This document shows, piece after piece, positions 27,452-37,413 of a stretch of 64,000 nucleotides of DNA; positions within the stretch are counted from its first letter, which is position 1, and every line of letters begins with the position of its first letter. The notes below the pieces were generated by a model. It did not search any database. It was not told the DNA's origin and was given only the letters and a program-made list of their open reading frames with translations. This DNA comes from Phycisphaerales bacterium (lineage in GTDB: Bacteria; Planctomycetota; UBA1135; UBA2386). Position numbers and translations under genes: made by a program. The stretch lies in NCBI GenBank assembly GCA_020247305.1, contig JADCJE010000066.1, forward strand, positions 66,466-130,465, read 5' to 3'.

Positions 27452-30400
27452 CGGCGGACGGCGACGCGTCGCGACCGGATGGTGGCATGCCGGACGGCGG
27501 CGAACCGGGCGGCCGCAGACCGATCGGCCGCAGACCGATCGGCCGCGACCCTGCCGGTGGCGATCGCCAGGACGCCGATGGCGCGGACCGATCGGGCGAG
27601 CCCGATGCAACCGAAGCGGACTTGCTGCGGCAGTGGGAGGAGAAGATCGCTGCCATCGGCGATCCGTTCGGCGCGCTCGCTGACGTCCTCGCGCAGGGCG
27701 CGGGCCAGCGCTCCACGCTCTTCCAGCAGGTGGGCGAGCGCGTGCTCGGCTGCGACCTGCGCACCATCCTCGGCGCGGGCGGCATGGGGGTGACGTACGG
27801 CGGCGTTGCGTCGGACGGTGCGCCGGTGGCCGTCAAGCTGGTGGTCGGCGTCGGCGATTCGGCGGCCATGCGCTTTGCCCAGGAGTGCCGCCTGCTGCGC
27901 GCCTTCGACCACCCGGCGATCGTGCGCTACCGCGACCACGCCGTGCTCGAGGACGGCACCGGCGTGCTGGTGATGGAGCGCGTCGACGGCGTCGACTTGG
28001 AGCACCTGCTGCAGGACGTGCTGCGCGACGAGCCGCCGGCGACGGCCGCGGGCGCCGAACTGCTGCACGAAGTCCGCGGCGGGCTGCGCGAGCGGTTGCA
28101 GTCGCCGCGGTATCGGCGGCGCATGCTGCGCCTGCTCGCGACGGTGGCCGACGGCCTGGCGGCGGCTCATGCGTGTGGCGTCGTGCATCGCGACGTCAAG
28201 CCGGCGAACGTGCTCGTCCGCGACGACCTGTCGCCGGTGGTAATCGACTTCGGTCTCGCCCGCGACCAGCAACTCGGCGTGTCGCTGACGGCGTCGGGCG
28301 CGGCGATGGGCACGCTGGCCTACATGGCGCCGGAGCAGCTCGGTCGCGATCCGGGCGCGGTCGGGCCGCGCACCGACGTCTACGCGTTGGGCCTCGTGCT
28401 ACACCGCGCGCTCCTCGGTCGCGACGCGCGCGTCGACGTCACCGACGTCGTGCAGGCCGCCAGCCGCCCCTTCGCGCTCGATGCGCGCGCATCCCGAGCC
28501 CTGCCGGTCGATCTGCAGGCGATCCTGTACGCGTGCCTCGATCCGCGGCCGCGCCAGCGCTACGCCGACATGCGCGCGCTCGCGGACGACCTGCGGGCGG
28601 CGGCGGCCGGCGAACCCGTGACGGCGCGGCGACCGGGGTTGCTGCGCCGCCTCGGCCGCGACCGCGACCTGCTGCGCACGCTCGCCTTGGCCGTCGTCGC
28701 GGTGTCTGTCGTCGGCGCCGTGTGGTCGTGGCCGCGCGGGCGCGAGGTGGTGTTTGCCGCCAATGTGCTGGCCGCCGACGCGACGCTGACGCTGGGCGAT
28801 GGCCGCACGATCGCGCTCGGCGACCCGGCGTGGTTGCCGTTCGGTCCGGTCGCGGTCACCTTGGGCGGCCCCGGAATCGTGCCGGTGGCGCGCACGATCG
28901 ACGTCGTCGCCGGCGTCGGCCGGCAGTGGGTGTCCCTGCGCTCGCGCTACGATGGCGAAGGCGCGGCCGAACTGCGCCTGCCGGGGCGGTCGCCGGTGCA
29001 GTTCACCAGCGGCCACAGCTACCAGCCGCTTGCGCCCGGCGTGCCGCTCGACGAACGCAGCGTCGATGGCGTCACGGTGCCGCATTGGGAGCCGTACCAC
29101 CCGGTGGCGACCGTCGTTCCGGGCGCGCACGAGTTCCGGGCGCGCGATGGCCGCGGCCGCGAGGAAGTGCAGCGCCTTGCGATCGGCGCCGAGCCCGAGG
29201 ACGTGCAGGTGCTGCCGGCCGTGCTCGCCGAGGTCGATGGCCGGTATCGCCGCACCTGGAGCACGGTCTGGTCGCCGCAGCCGGCGGACTTGGCGTGGTC
29301 GGGGACGGCGGAGCGCTGGGTCGGGCCACCGCGGGCGACGGAGGTCGCCTCGGCCGGCACGATGACCAACGACTGCGCGTTCGCGCCGGCGGCCGCCGGC
29401 ACCCCGGCGACCGTCGTGCTGCGCTGCGACTTTCCGGCACCCATGCGGTCGGCCGTCGCCAGCGTGCGCGGCAGCGCGCAGACCGGCGGCAGCCTCGACG
29501 TGCTTGCGGGCTTCGACGGCGAGCCGCTGCGGCCGTGGCCGCTGCTGCCCAACGGCCAACTGGCGCCGCTGCAGGCGTTCACGTCGGCGGCGGGCAGCCG
29601 AGCCTTCGTCGTCCAGGCGACCATGACGGCGACCACGGCGTCGTCGCCGGTCGTCGCGTTGGCGCGTTTCTGCGAAGGCGCGTTGTTCGGCGGCCACTGG
29701 CGGACCGATCCGCCGTGCTTTGCGATCGCCGCCGATCCATCGCCGACCGTCGCGGTGTTGCGGCCCGGCGCGGCGATCGACCCGACGGCGGCGCCAGTGC
29801 TCGCCCGCAGTGCGTGGACTGGCGCGCCGCGGGGCGAGGCGGTCGGTCCCGTGGCCGCCATCGACGGCCCGGACGGCGCGCGCCGGTGGGCCGTGGCCGT
29901 GCGCGCAGCAACTGGCGGCACGTCCGCCGTTTGCCTCGTCGACGCCGGCGACGGGCAGGCGCGCGACGTGGTGCCGGCGACGTGGCTGCACCCGCGACAG
30001 GACGCTCGCGATGGCGCCCAGTTCGGCGAGGTGCTGTTGGCGTGGCCGGACCTCGACGGCGACGGTTGGCAGGAACTGGTCATCGGCGATCCGTCGAGTC
30101 GCGAACGCGGTCCCGGCACAGGCGGGGCCGTGGCGCTGCGCGGATCGCGCGATGGCGTCCGGATGTGGACGTGGCCGACCGACCCGTCGCAGGCCGCCTT
30201 CGGTGACGACCATGCGGCCGATTGCGCAGCTGCCGGCGATTGGAACGGCGATGGCCGCGCCGACATCGCCGTCGGCGCGCAGCACGCCGGCGCCGCCGCC
30301 GCCGGGGAGAAGGTCGGCCGCTTCGCCGTGCTCGATGCGCAGAGCGGCGCCACGCTTTGGTCCATGCGCGGCAATCGGCCGCTGCACTCGCCGCGCCTCG

Positions 30401-31047
30401 TCGCCAGCCATGCGCGCGCCGACGGTGGGCCGGCGGCGTTGCTCTTGGTGGCGACGCCGCGCGCGCCGGGCATGGACCGTTCGCCGGCGCGCCAAGGCGG
30501 ACTTTGGCTCGGCGGCGCGGACGGCCGCCTGCTGTGGACGCCGGAAGTGCAGCCAGCGGCGCAGTTCGGCGTCACCGGCGCGGTCGCCGGCGACGACCGT
30601 CCGTCCGTCGTGGTGCTGCGGCGCGGCCCGTGGCACGACCGCTTCGCCGGAGCGGAGCGGTATGAGCCGGTCGGTGACCGACTGCAGCTGGCTGCGCAAT
30701 GCCGCTTCGGCGGCGCCGCCGAGGCTCGCCACGGCCATGGCCGCGAAGCGGTGGGCTTGCCCGACGTCGATGGCGACGGTTGGTCGGACCTCGCCTTCGT
30801 GCTCGCCGGCGCGCAGCCGATGGTGCTCGTGCTCAGCGGCAGGACGGTGCAGCCGCTGGCGCAGGCGCCGCTCGCCGGCTTGGTGGCGGGCGAGTTCCCC
30901 GGTGCGGTCGGCGCACACCAAGTCGCGCTGGCGGCGCTGCCCGGCCGCGCCGGCGCGCCGCACCAGGTGGCGCTGACGCTGCTCGGTCGCGGGGCCGCCG
31001 ACGTCGGCGACTCGCAGCACGTGGTGCTCGACCTGTCCCGCCGATGA
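27448..31047 (+). CDS. membrane Ser/Thr protein kinase with PEGA-like and FG-GAP/VCBS-repeat ectodomain
   Basis: GTG at 27448 in track ORF 26653..31047. Kinase motifs GAGGMGVTY, VAVK, HRDVKPANVL, DFGLA and YMAPE. One TM helix LRTLALAVVAVSVVGAVW. Ectodomain repeats DLDGDGWQELVIGD, AGDWNGDGRADIAVGA and PDVDGDGWSDLAF. A 15-bp tandem at 27511-27548 encodes RRPIGRRPIG. Confidence 0.88.
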   Translation: MTADGDASRPDGGMPDGGEPGGRRPIGRRPIGRDPAGGDRQDADGADRSGEPDATEADLLRQWEEKIAAIGDPFGALADVLAQGAGQRSTLFQQVGERVLGCDLRTILGAGGMGVTYGGVASDGAPVAVKLVVGVGDSAAMRFAQECRLLRAFDHPAIVRYRDHAVLEDGTGVLVMERVDGVDLEHLLQDVLRDEPPATAAGAELLHEVRGGLRERLQSPRYRRRMLRLLATVADGLAAAHACGVVHRDVKPANVLVRDDLSPVVIDFGLARDQQLGVSLTASGAAMGTLAYMAPEQLGRDPGAVGPRTDVYALGLVLHRALLGRDARVDVTDVVQAASRPFALDARASRALPVDLQAILYACLDPRPRQRYADMRALADDLRAAAAGEPVTARRPGLLRRLGRDRDLLRTLALAVVAVSVVGAVWSWPRGREVVFAANVLAADATLTLGDGRTIALGDPAWLPFGPVAVTLGGPGIVPVARTIDVVAGVGRQWVSLRSRYDGEGAAELRLPGRSPVQFTSGHSYQPLAPGVPLDERSVDGVTVPHWEPYHPVATVVPGAHEFRARDGRGREEVQRLAIGAEPEDVQVLPAVLAEVDGRYRRTWSTVWSPQPADLAWSGTAERWVGPPRATEVASAGTMTNDCAFAPAAAGTPATVVLRCDFPAPMRSAVASVRGSAQTGGSLDVLAGFDGEPLRPWPLLPNGQLAPLQAFTSAAGSRAFVVQATMTATTASSPVVALARFCEGALFGGHWRTDPPCFAIAADPSPTVAVLRPGAAIDPTAAPVLARSAWTGAPRGEAVGPVAAIDGPDGARRWAVAVRAATGGTSAVCLVDAGDGQARDVVPATWLHPRQDARDGAQFGEVLLAWPDLDGDGWQELVIGDPSSRERGPGTGGAVALRGSRDGVRMWTWPTDPSQAAFGDDHAADCAAAGDWNGDGRADIAVGAQHAGAAAAGEKVGRFAVLDAQSGATLWSMRGNRPLHSPRLVASHARADGGPAALLLVATPRAPGMDRSPARQGGLWLGGADGRLLWTPEVQPAAQFGVTGAVAGDDRPSVVVLRRGPWHDRFAGAERYEPVGDRLQLAAQCRFGGAAEARHGHGREAVGLPDVDGDGWSDLAFVLAGAQPMVLVLSGRTVQPLAQAPLAGLVAGEFPGAVGAHQVALAALPGRAGAPHQVALTLLGRGAADVGDSQHVVLDLSRR

Positions 31048-31099
31048 GCGCCGCGGCGCGGACCGGCAAGGGCGCGGCGGCAGATCGCGCGGCGGGCCG

Positions 31100-32035
31100 T
31101 CAGCCCTCGGCGCGTTCGCGTCCGAGCGGGTGGGCCTTGTCGTAGACGTCGCGCAGGCGGCCGATCGACACGTGCGTGTAGATCTCGGTCGTGACCAGCC
31201 GGGCGTGGCCGAGCAGTTCCTGCACCGTGCGCAAGTCGGCGCCGCGGTCGAGCAGGTGGGTCGCGAACGAGTGGCGCAGGCCGTGCGGCGTCAGCGACGA
31301 CTGCAGCCCGGCTTGCTGCGCGCGCGCGACGACGGTGGCGAACACCCAGCGGGCGCTCAGCGGCCGGCCGTAGCGGTTGACCCACACCGAACCCGGTTCG
31401 CTGCGCCGGCTCGCGCGCACGAGTTCGCGGCGGTGCGGCAGCCACGCGGCGATCGCGGCGCACGCCGGCTTGCCGAGCAACGCGATGCGCTGCTTCCGGC
31501 CCTTGCCGAGCACGCGCACGATGCCTTCGTCGAGGTCGAGGTCCGCGAGCGCCATGCCGGCGACCTCGCTGACGCGGCAGCCGGTCGAGTACAGCGTCTC
31601 GAGCAGCGCCTGGTCACGCCTGCCGAACGCCGTGTCGTCGAACGGCTGGCCGAGCAGCGCGTCGACCTCGGCGGTGGTGAGGAAGCGCGGCACGCGCTTG
31701 GCGGCGCGCGGTCCCTTCAGCAGCTTCGCCGGATCCTTGCCGATGCGACCCTGCTGCTGCAGCCACCCGAACAGCCCGCGCAGGCTCGCGAGCTTGCGCT
31801 GCACGCTCGTCGCAACGAGTCCCTGCTGCTCCAGTTCGACGAGGTAGCGGCGCAGTTCGAAGCGGCCGGTCTGCTCGACGCTGCGGCCGTTTGCCGCGAG
31901 CCACGCGGCGAAGTCGCGCAGGTCGCCGCCGTACGCGCGCAGGGTCGCGGCGCTCTTGCGGCCTTCGCTGGCCAGCTGACGCAGGTAGTCGGCGACGGGA
32001 TCGGTCACGTTGTGCGCACCACACCAGGGTGGCAC
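31100..32035 (-). CDS. tyrosine site-specific recombinase, XerC/XerD family
   Basis: Catalytic signature ...GCRVSE..., LTPHGLRHSFATHLL and LGHARLVTTEIYTHV, with an N-terminal SAM-like domain. The start is uncertain: 32035, or GTG near 32008. Confidence 0.85.
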   Translation of the reverse strand: MPPWCGAHNVTDPVADYLRQLASEGRKSAATLRAYGGDLRDFAAWLAANGRSVEQTGRFELRRYLVELEQQGLVATSVQRKLASLRGLFGWLQQQGRIGKDPAKLLKGPRAAKRVPRFLTTAEVDALLGQPFDDTAFGRRDQALLETLYSTGCRVSEVAGMALADLDLDEGIVRVLGKGRKQRIALLGKPACAAIAAWLPHRRELVRASRRSEPGSVWVNRYGRPLSARWVFATVVARAQQAGLQSSLTPHGLRHSFATHLLDRGADLRTVQELLGHARLVTTEIYTHVSIGRLRDVYDKAHPLGRERAEG

Positions 32036-32052
32036 ACTCCCGCGCCCTTTTC

Positions 32053-32985
32053 ATGCCCTACCTCGGCGAGATCACGAGCCTGCTGGCGGCGATGTGCTGG
32101 ACCGTCAGCAGCACCGCCTTCGCCGTCGCCAGCCGCGCGGCGAGCCCGCTGGCCGCCAACCAGTTCCGGCTGTACGCGTCGCTGCCGTTGCTCGCCGGGC
32201 TCGCGGTCGCGCTGCTCGGCGCGCCGTGGCCGGCCGGCGCCTCGTGGGCGCAGTTGGCGTCGGCGTCGGCGTCCGGCCTGTGCGGCCTCGTGCTCGGCGA
32301 CATCGGCTACTTCTACGCCCTCGCCAAGATCGGGCCGAGGCTGTGCTCGGTCATCATGGTCAGCTGGCCGGCGTGCGTCGTGCTGATCGAAGCCGGCATG
32401 GGGCGCGCGCCGTCGGTGGCGGTGCTCGGCGGCATCGCCCTGACCATGGCGGGCGTGGTGCTGGTGCTGCTGCGCGGCCGCGACGATGCGCAGTGGGATC
32501 CGCGCGTGACGCCGCGCCAGCGCACGCTCGGCGTGCTCGGGGCCGTGCTGGGTTCGGTTGGGCAGGCCGCCGGCTTCGTGCTGGCCGGCCCGGCGATGGC
32601 CGTGGACGGCGACGTCGCCGCGATCGAGCCGCTGCACTGCACCGTCGTGCGCATGGCCACCGCGGTCGTCGTCATGCAGGGCGTGGCGTTCTCGCAGGGC
32701 CAGGGTTTCGCCATGCGCGACGTGCTGGTCCGGCCGGCGGCGCTGCGCAGTGCACTGCTCGGCGCGGCCTTCGGGCCGATCGGCGGCGTCTGGCTGTCGA
32801 TGTTCGCGCGCCAGCACGCCGAGCGTTCGGGGCACGTGGGGCTTTCCGCCGCGCTGATGGCGACGACGCCGCTGTTCATGATGCCGGTGGCCTGGAAGCT
32901 CTATGGCGCGCCGATCGGGTGGTGCGGCGCGCTCGGCACGTTGCTCGCGGTCGGCGGCGTGACGTGGTGCCTGCTCGTCCGGTGA
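32053..32985 (+). CDS. EamA/DMT-family transporter
   Basis: ATG at 32053 in track ORF 31891..32985. Ten hydrophobic helices in two halves, typical of EamA repeats. Confidence 0.7.
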   Translation: MPYLGEITSLLAAMCWTVSSTAFAVASRAASPLAANQFRLYASLPLLAGLAVALLGAPWPAGASWAQLASASASGLCGLVLGDIGYFYALAKIGPRLCSVIMVSWPACVVLIEAGMGRAPSVAVLGGIALTMAGVVLVLLRGRDDAQWDPRVTPRQRTLGVLGAVLGSVGQAAGFVLAGPAMAVDGDVAAIEPLHCTVVRMATAVVVMQGVAFSQGQGFAMRDVLVRPAALRSALLGAAFGPIGGVWLSMFARQHAERSGHVGLSAALMATTPLFMMPVAWKLYGAPIGWCGALGTLLAVGGVTWCLLVR

Positions 32986-33028
32986 CCGCGCACGCCGTCC
33001 TCGACGCCGCGGGCGCGTGGCCGGCGGT

Positions 33029-33901
33029 TCAGGCGCGCTGGCCCATGCGCGCCGCGATCGCCCGCAGGCGCTCGATGCGGGCTTCGATCGGCGGGTGGGT
33101 CGAGAACAGGCGGAAGATGCCGCCGCCGGCCAGCGGGTTGACGATCGACAGGCTGGCAGTGACCGGCTGCGGCGCCGGCGCGCCGCCGCGCACCATCTGC
33201 TCGCCGTAGCTCTGCAGCTTGGCCAGCGCGCTGGCCAGCGCCAGCGGGTCGCCGGTCAGTTCGGCCGCGGACTCGTCGGCGAGGTACTCGCGCGAACGGC
33301 TGATGCCCATCTGCAGCATCACTGCCGCGATCGGCGCCAGGAAGGCGAACAGCAGCGCGGCCCCGCCGCCGCCGCCCTCGCGTTCGTCGTCGCTGCGGCC
33401 GGCGCCGAGCAGCGCGCCCCACTGCAGGACGTTGGCGATGTGGGTGATGGCCGCCGCGGCGGCGCCGGCGATCGTGGCGACGAGCGTGTCGCGGTTCTGC
33501 ACGTGCGCGAGTTCGTGGGCGAGCACGCCGCGCAGTTCGCGCGGGTCGGCGAGCCGGAGCAGGCCCTCGGTGACCGCGACGACGGCGCGCGCCGGGGTGC
33601 GGCCCGTGGCGAACGCGTTGGGCGTGGGATCGGACATGATCGCCACCTTGGGCATCGGCAGGCCGGCGCGCTCGGCCAGTTCGCGCACCATGCCGAACAG
33701 GGCCGGCGCCTGCGCCTCGTCGAGGACGCGTGCGCCGCTCATGCGCAGCACGATGGCGTCGGAGAAGAAGTAGGCCCCGAGGTTCATCGCCAGGGCCAGC
33801 GCCAGGAAGAACCAGGTCGCGTTGCCGCCGATGGCGCCGCCGATCGCGACCAGCAGCGCCGACAGCGCGCCGAGGAGGACGATGGTCTTGAGTTGGTTCA
33901 T
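33029..33901 (-). CDS. htpX: M48-family protease HtpX
   Basis: ATG at 33901 in track ORF 33029..33976. N-terminal TM helices, Zn motif HELAHVQNRD, SREYLADE and a C-terminal STHPPIEARI. Confidence 0.9.
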   Translation of the reverse strand: MNQLKTIVLLGALSALLVAIGGAIGGNATWFFLALALAMNLGAYFFSDAIVLRMSGARVLDEAQAPALFGMVRELAERAGLPMPKVAIMSDPTPNAFATGRTPARAVVAVTEGLLRLADPRELRGVLAHELAHVQNRDTLVATIAGAAAAAITHIANVLQWGALLGAGRSDDEREGGGGGAALLFAFLAPIAAVMLQMGISRSREYLADESAAELTGDPLALASALAKLQSYGEQMVRGGAPAPQPVTASLSIVNPLAGGGIFRLFSTHPPIEARIERLRAIAARMGQRA

Positions 33902-34031
33902 CGCGTGCTCTGTTTGTGCTCTGCTCGCGCTGTGCGTCCGCGTCCATGCCGCAGAGTGGCGGTCCGCCCGGCGCATGGCGGGAGGTTAGGACGCCGCTCG
34001 TGGCCCGCAAGGCGACCGGTCTGCCGTCGCG

Positions 34032-35099
34032 TCAGATCGCGGCCAGCAGGCGGCCGAGTCCCGTCAGTTCGTGGTCGCCCATGTGGCCGATGCGGAAGGC
34101 CTTGCCCTTCAGCGGGCCGTAGCCCTGGTCGATCTTGCAGCCGGCGTCGCTGGCGCGGCGGGCCAGTTCGGCGACATCGGCCCCCTGCGCGTCGATGCAC
34201 GAGACGGTCGGCGACCGGGCGGCAGCGTCGGTGACGAACGGCCGGAAGCCGCGCGCCGCAGCCCAGGCTTGCGTGGCGTCGCGCATGGCGAGATGGCGCG
34301 CCCAGCGCGCCGTCATCCCCTCGGCGGCGATGCGGTGCAGTTGCCGCTGCAGCGCCAGTACCAGCGGCACACACGGTGTCGCGATCGGCTGGCCGGCGGC
34401 GGTCGCCGGGATCGCGCGCACGAAGTCGAGCAGGAAGCCGCGCTCGTCGACGGTCGCGGCGCGTTCGCGCCCGCGGGCGCTGACGGCGTAGACGCACAGC
34501 CCGGGCGGCAGCGCCAGGCACTTCTGCGTGCCGGCGAAGGCGCAGTCGAGGCCCCAGGCGTCGAAGCGAAGCTCCGCGCCGGCGAGGCTGGTCACCACGT
34601 CGGCGAGCACGAGCGCGTCCGGAGCGTGCTGGCGCACGACGGCGGCGAGCTCGGCGAGCGGCTCGATCACGCCGGTGCTGGTCTCGTTGTGCGTGATGCA
34701 GACGGCGTCGACGCGCGGGCCCGCCAGCAGGCGCGCGCGCAGCGTCGCTGCGTCGTGGGCGCTGCCGAGCGGCACGGCCAGCGCTTCGGTGGCGCGGCCG
34801 CAGGCAGCGCTGATCTGCTGCCAGCGTTCGCCGAAGGCGCCGCCGACGAGGTGCAAGGTGCGGCCCTGGCGCGGTACGAGGTTGCGGATCGCCGCTTCCA
34901 TGAGCGTCGTCGCCGTGCAGTTCTCGAACACCGCCGGCTCGGAGGTGCCGAACAGGTCGCGCAGGCGGCCGCACACGTCCTGCACCGCGGCGACGAAGCC
35001 GGCCGAGCGGTGGCCGACCAGCGGCGTCGCCATGATCGCGCGCAGTTCGGCGGCGACCTCGGTCGGCCCGGGCAGGAACAGGATCGGATGCGTGTCCAT
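34032..35099 (-). CDS. class V pyridoxal-phosphate aminotransferase (serine-pyruvate / phosphoserine aminotransferase-like)
   Basis: 355 aa. LFLPGPTEV, ITHNETSTG and the PLP-Lys context FAGTQKCLALPPG. Adjacent to a SerB-like phosphatase. Confidence 0.8.
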   Translation of the reverse strand: MDTHPILFLPGPTEVAAELRAIMATPLVGHRSAGFVAAVQDVCGRLRDLFGTSEPAVFENCTATTLMEAAIRNLVPRQGRTLHLVGGAFGERWQQISAACGRATEALAVPLGSAHDAATLRARLLAGPRVDAVCITHNETSTGVIEPLAELAAVVRQHAPDALVLADVVTSLAGAELRFDAWGLDCAFAGTQKCLALPPGLCVYAVSARGRERAATVDERGFLLDFVRAIPATAAGQPIATPCVPLVLALQRQLHRIAAEGMTARWARHLAMRDATQAWAAARGFRPFVTDAAARSPTVSCIDAQGADVAELARRASDAGCKIDQGYGPLKGKAFRIGHMGDHELTGLGRLLAAI

Positions 35100-35106
35100 G
35101 GCCGCC

Positions 35107-35835
35107 TCAGCCTACGGCCGCCGCTGCCAGCGCGGCAAAGCGCGGATCTGCCGCCAGCGTCCGCAGTTCGGCGGCGGTGAGCAGGCACGGCAGCACGCCG
35201 GCGAGGCTCGCGGTGGTGACGAAGGCGTCGGCGCGCGCGGCGACCTCGGGCCGGGCGACGACGCCGCCGAAGCCGACGAAGCGGTCGGCGACGCCCTGCG
35301 TCTCGGCGTCGGTGATGCCGTCGCCGACGAAGGCGGTCGGCCGCGCCGCCGCCGGCAGCGCGCGCAGGAACTCGACCTTGCCCAGGTTGCGCGCGAACGG
35401 CGAGCCGCGGTCGAAGCCGGCGTAGGCGCCGTCGGCGGCGAAGTCGATGCGCACGGCGTGCACGTCGTCGGAGGCGAGGCCCAGCGTCGCGGCGACGTGC
35501 TGGACCGGCGGCAGCAGGCCGCCGCTGACGATGCCGACGCGCTTGCCGAGGGACTGCAGCGCAGCGACCACGGCGCGGGCGTCGGGCGCCAGCCGTTCGA
35601 CGTACATCGCGGCGATGCGCTCGACGTGCTCGCGCCGCGGCGCCAGCAGCGCCAGCCGCCGGGCGTACGCCTCGGCGAGCGGCAGTTCGCCCGCCATCGC
35701 CTGCGCCGTCAGCCGCGGCACCTCGTCGCGGACGGCCAGCGGCGCCCAGCGCACCAGTTCGTCGATGCCCTCGATCGCGGTCAGCGTCGAGTCGCAGTCG
35801 AACCACACCGAGGCGAACGGCGGTCCGGCGACCAT
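35107..35835 (-). CDS. HAD-IB family phosphatase (phosphoserine phosphatase-like)
   Basis: Motif I FDCDSTL, IVSGG and motif IV GDGITD. Confidence 0.75.
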   Translation of the reverse strand: MVAGPPFASVWFDCDSTLTAIEGIDELVRWAPLAVRDEVPRLTAQAMAGELPLAEAYARRLALLAPRREHVERIAAMYVERLAPDARAVVAALQSLGKRVGIVSGGLLPPVQHVAATLGLASDDVHAVRIDFAADGAYAGFDRGSPFARNLGKVEFLRALPAAARPTAFVGDGITDAETQGVADRFVGFGGVVARPEVAARADAFVTTASLAGVLPCLLTAAELRTLAADPRFAALAAAAVG

Positions 35836-35838
35836 GGC

Positions 35839-37278
35839 TCAGCGCGCGCCCGAGCCGCGCAGGATCACGCTGATCGTGCGCAGCATGATGCTGACGTCGA
35901 ACAGCAGGCTCATGTTCTTGATGTAGTACAGGTCGTAGCGCAGCTTCTCCTGCGCGTCCTCGATCGAGGCCCCGTACGGGTGGCGCACCTGCGCCCAGCC
36001 GGTGAGGCCGGGCTTGACCGTGTGGCGCAGCGGGTAGAACGGCACCGACTGCTTGAGCTGCTCGACGAAGTGCGGCCGCTCCGGGCGCGGTCCGACGAAC
36101 GACATCTGGCCGGCGAGGATGTTGAGGAACTGCGGGATCTCGTCGACACGCGACAGCCGCAGGAAGCGGCCGATGGGGGTCACGCGCACGTCGTTCTTCT
36201 GCGCCCAGACCGGCCCCGACTCCTTCTCGGCGTCGACGCACATGGTGCGGAACTTGATCAGCTTGAACGGCGCGCCGTCCTCGCCGGTGCGTTCCTGGCA
36301 GAAGAACACGGGGCCGCGGCTGGTCAGCTTGATCAGCAGCGCGGCCAGCAGCGACAGCGGCAGCGACAGCACCAGCCCGGACGCGGCGGCGGCGACGTCC
36401 AGCGCGCGCTTGCTGACCGTGGTCAGCCGGCTCTTGGCGAAGCCGCGGCCGTAGATCAGGTAGCTCGGGCGCATGCTCTCGACGGCGAGCTTGCCGGCGA
36501 GGCGCTCGTACATCGTCTCGCGCTCCTCGACCAGGACGCCGGCCATGCGGACGTCGAGCAGGCGATCGACCGGCACCTTGCCGCGGCGCTCGCGCAGCGC
36601 CACCACGACGCGGCTGATGCCCTCGTCGCGGCACAGGGCGCGCAACTGGTCGAGCGTGCCGAGAACGCGTGGGTGGCCGGCGCCCTGCGGCAGCGGCGGC
36701 TGGCCGGGCTCCTCGACGATGCCGAGCAGCTCGAAGCCCGACATCGGCGACTCCATCACCATGTAGGCGATCTGCTGCGCCTCCGTCGACGAGCCCACCA
36801 CGACGATGCGCTCGCCGAACCGCCACTTGAAGAAGAACCAGTGGAAGGCGTTGCGCAACAGGTAGACGCCGCCGAAGGCGATGCCGACCAGCAGGATCAG
36901 CTTCCAGGTCTCGCGGTTGATGTCGGCGAGCCCGGGCAGGAAGAACAGCGACCCTGCCGCCATCGACAGCACGCCGAGCATCACCAGCGCGTAGCCGGCG
37001 GCGTGCAGCAGGCGGTTGGGCAGTTCGGCGCGGTTCTGGGACGACTTCCAGTCGTAGAGGTCGTTGTAGCTCAGCGAGGCCTGGCAGATCGCGGCGACGG
37101 TGAAGCTGGTCAGCAACCCGCGCAGCAGGTCGACGTTCGGCGCGAAGAACGGGTACGGCCGCGTCGTCAGGGGCGGCAGGCTGGTGCCGATCAGCACCAC
37201 CGCGCTGAACAGGATCGTCTCGGACAGGATCAGCAACAGCTTGCGCCGCGGCATGATCTGGTCGGAGAGGACGGGCAT
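35839..37278 (-). CDS. exopolysaccharide-type polyprenyl-phosphate sugar transferase (WcaJ/EpsB-like priming enzyme)
   Basis: ATG at 37278 (or 37254) within track ORF 35839..37758. N-terminal TM helices. C-terminal bacterial sugar-transferase domain with FKLIKFRTM, VGPRPERP and KPGLTGWAQV. The frame stays open upstream into a YraN-like module. Confidence 0.85.
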   Translation of the reverse strand: MPVLSDQIMPRRKLLLILSETILFSAVVLIGTSLPPLTTRPYPFFAPNVDLLRGLLTSFTVAAICQASLSYNDLYDWKSSQNRAELPNRLLHAAGYALVMLGVLSMAAGSLFFLPGLADINRETWKLILLVGIAFGGVYLLRNAFHWFFFKWRFGERIVVVGSSTEAQQIAYMVMESPMSGFELLGIVEEPGQPPLPQGAGHPRVLGTLDQLRALCRDEGISRVVVALRERRGKVPVDRLLDVRMAGVLVEERETMYERLAGKLAVESMRPSYLIYGRGFAKSRLTTVSKRALDVAAAASGLVLSLPLSLLAALLIKLTSRGPVFFCQERTGEDGAPFKLIKFRTMCVDAEKESGPVWAQKNDVRVTPIGRFLRLSRVDEIPQFLNILAGQMSFVGPRPERPHFVEQLKQSVPFYPLRHTVKPGLTGWAQVRHPYGASIEDAQEKLRYDLYYIKNMSLLFDVSIMLRTISVILRGSGAR

Positions 37279-37413
37279 GGTCGGGGTCGCGGCGGGGACT
37301 GGGTCGCTCGGCAGCTTGTTCGGCCGGCGGTCGCGGGGGGCTGGACGGCGCCCGCAACCTCCTATGCCATCGGCTTCCCAGGTGACATGTCGGAGCGCCG
37401 GAAAGTGCAGGAT

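Noticed and set aside
31100-32035. Tyrosine recombinase as the integrase of a mobile element.
   Set aside because: The sequence has the XerC/XerD-type N-terminal domain and catalytic signature. The flanking genes are ordinary (kinase, DMT transporter). I saw no flanking direct repeats, tRNA or phage genes. It is most simply the housekeeping chromosome-dimer resolvase.
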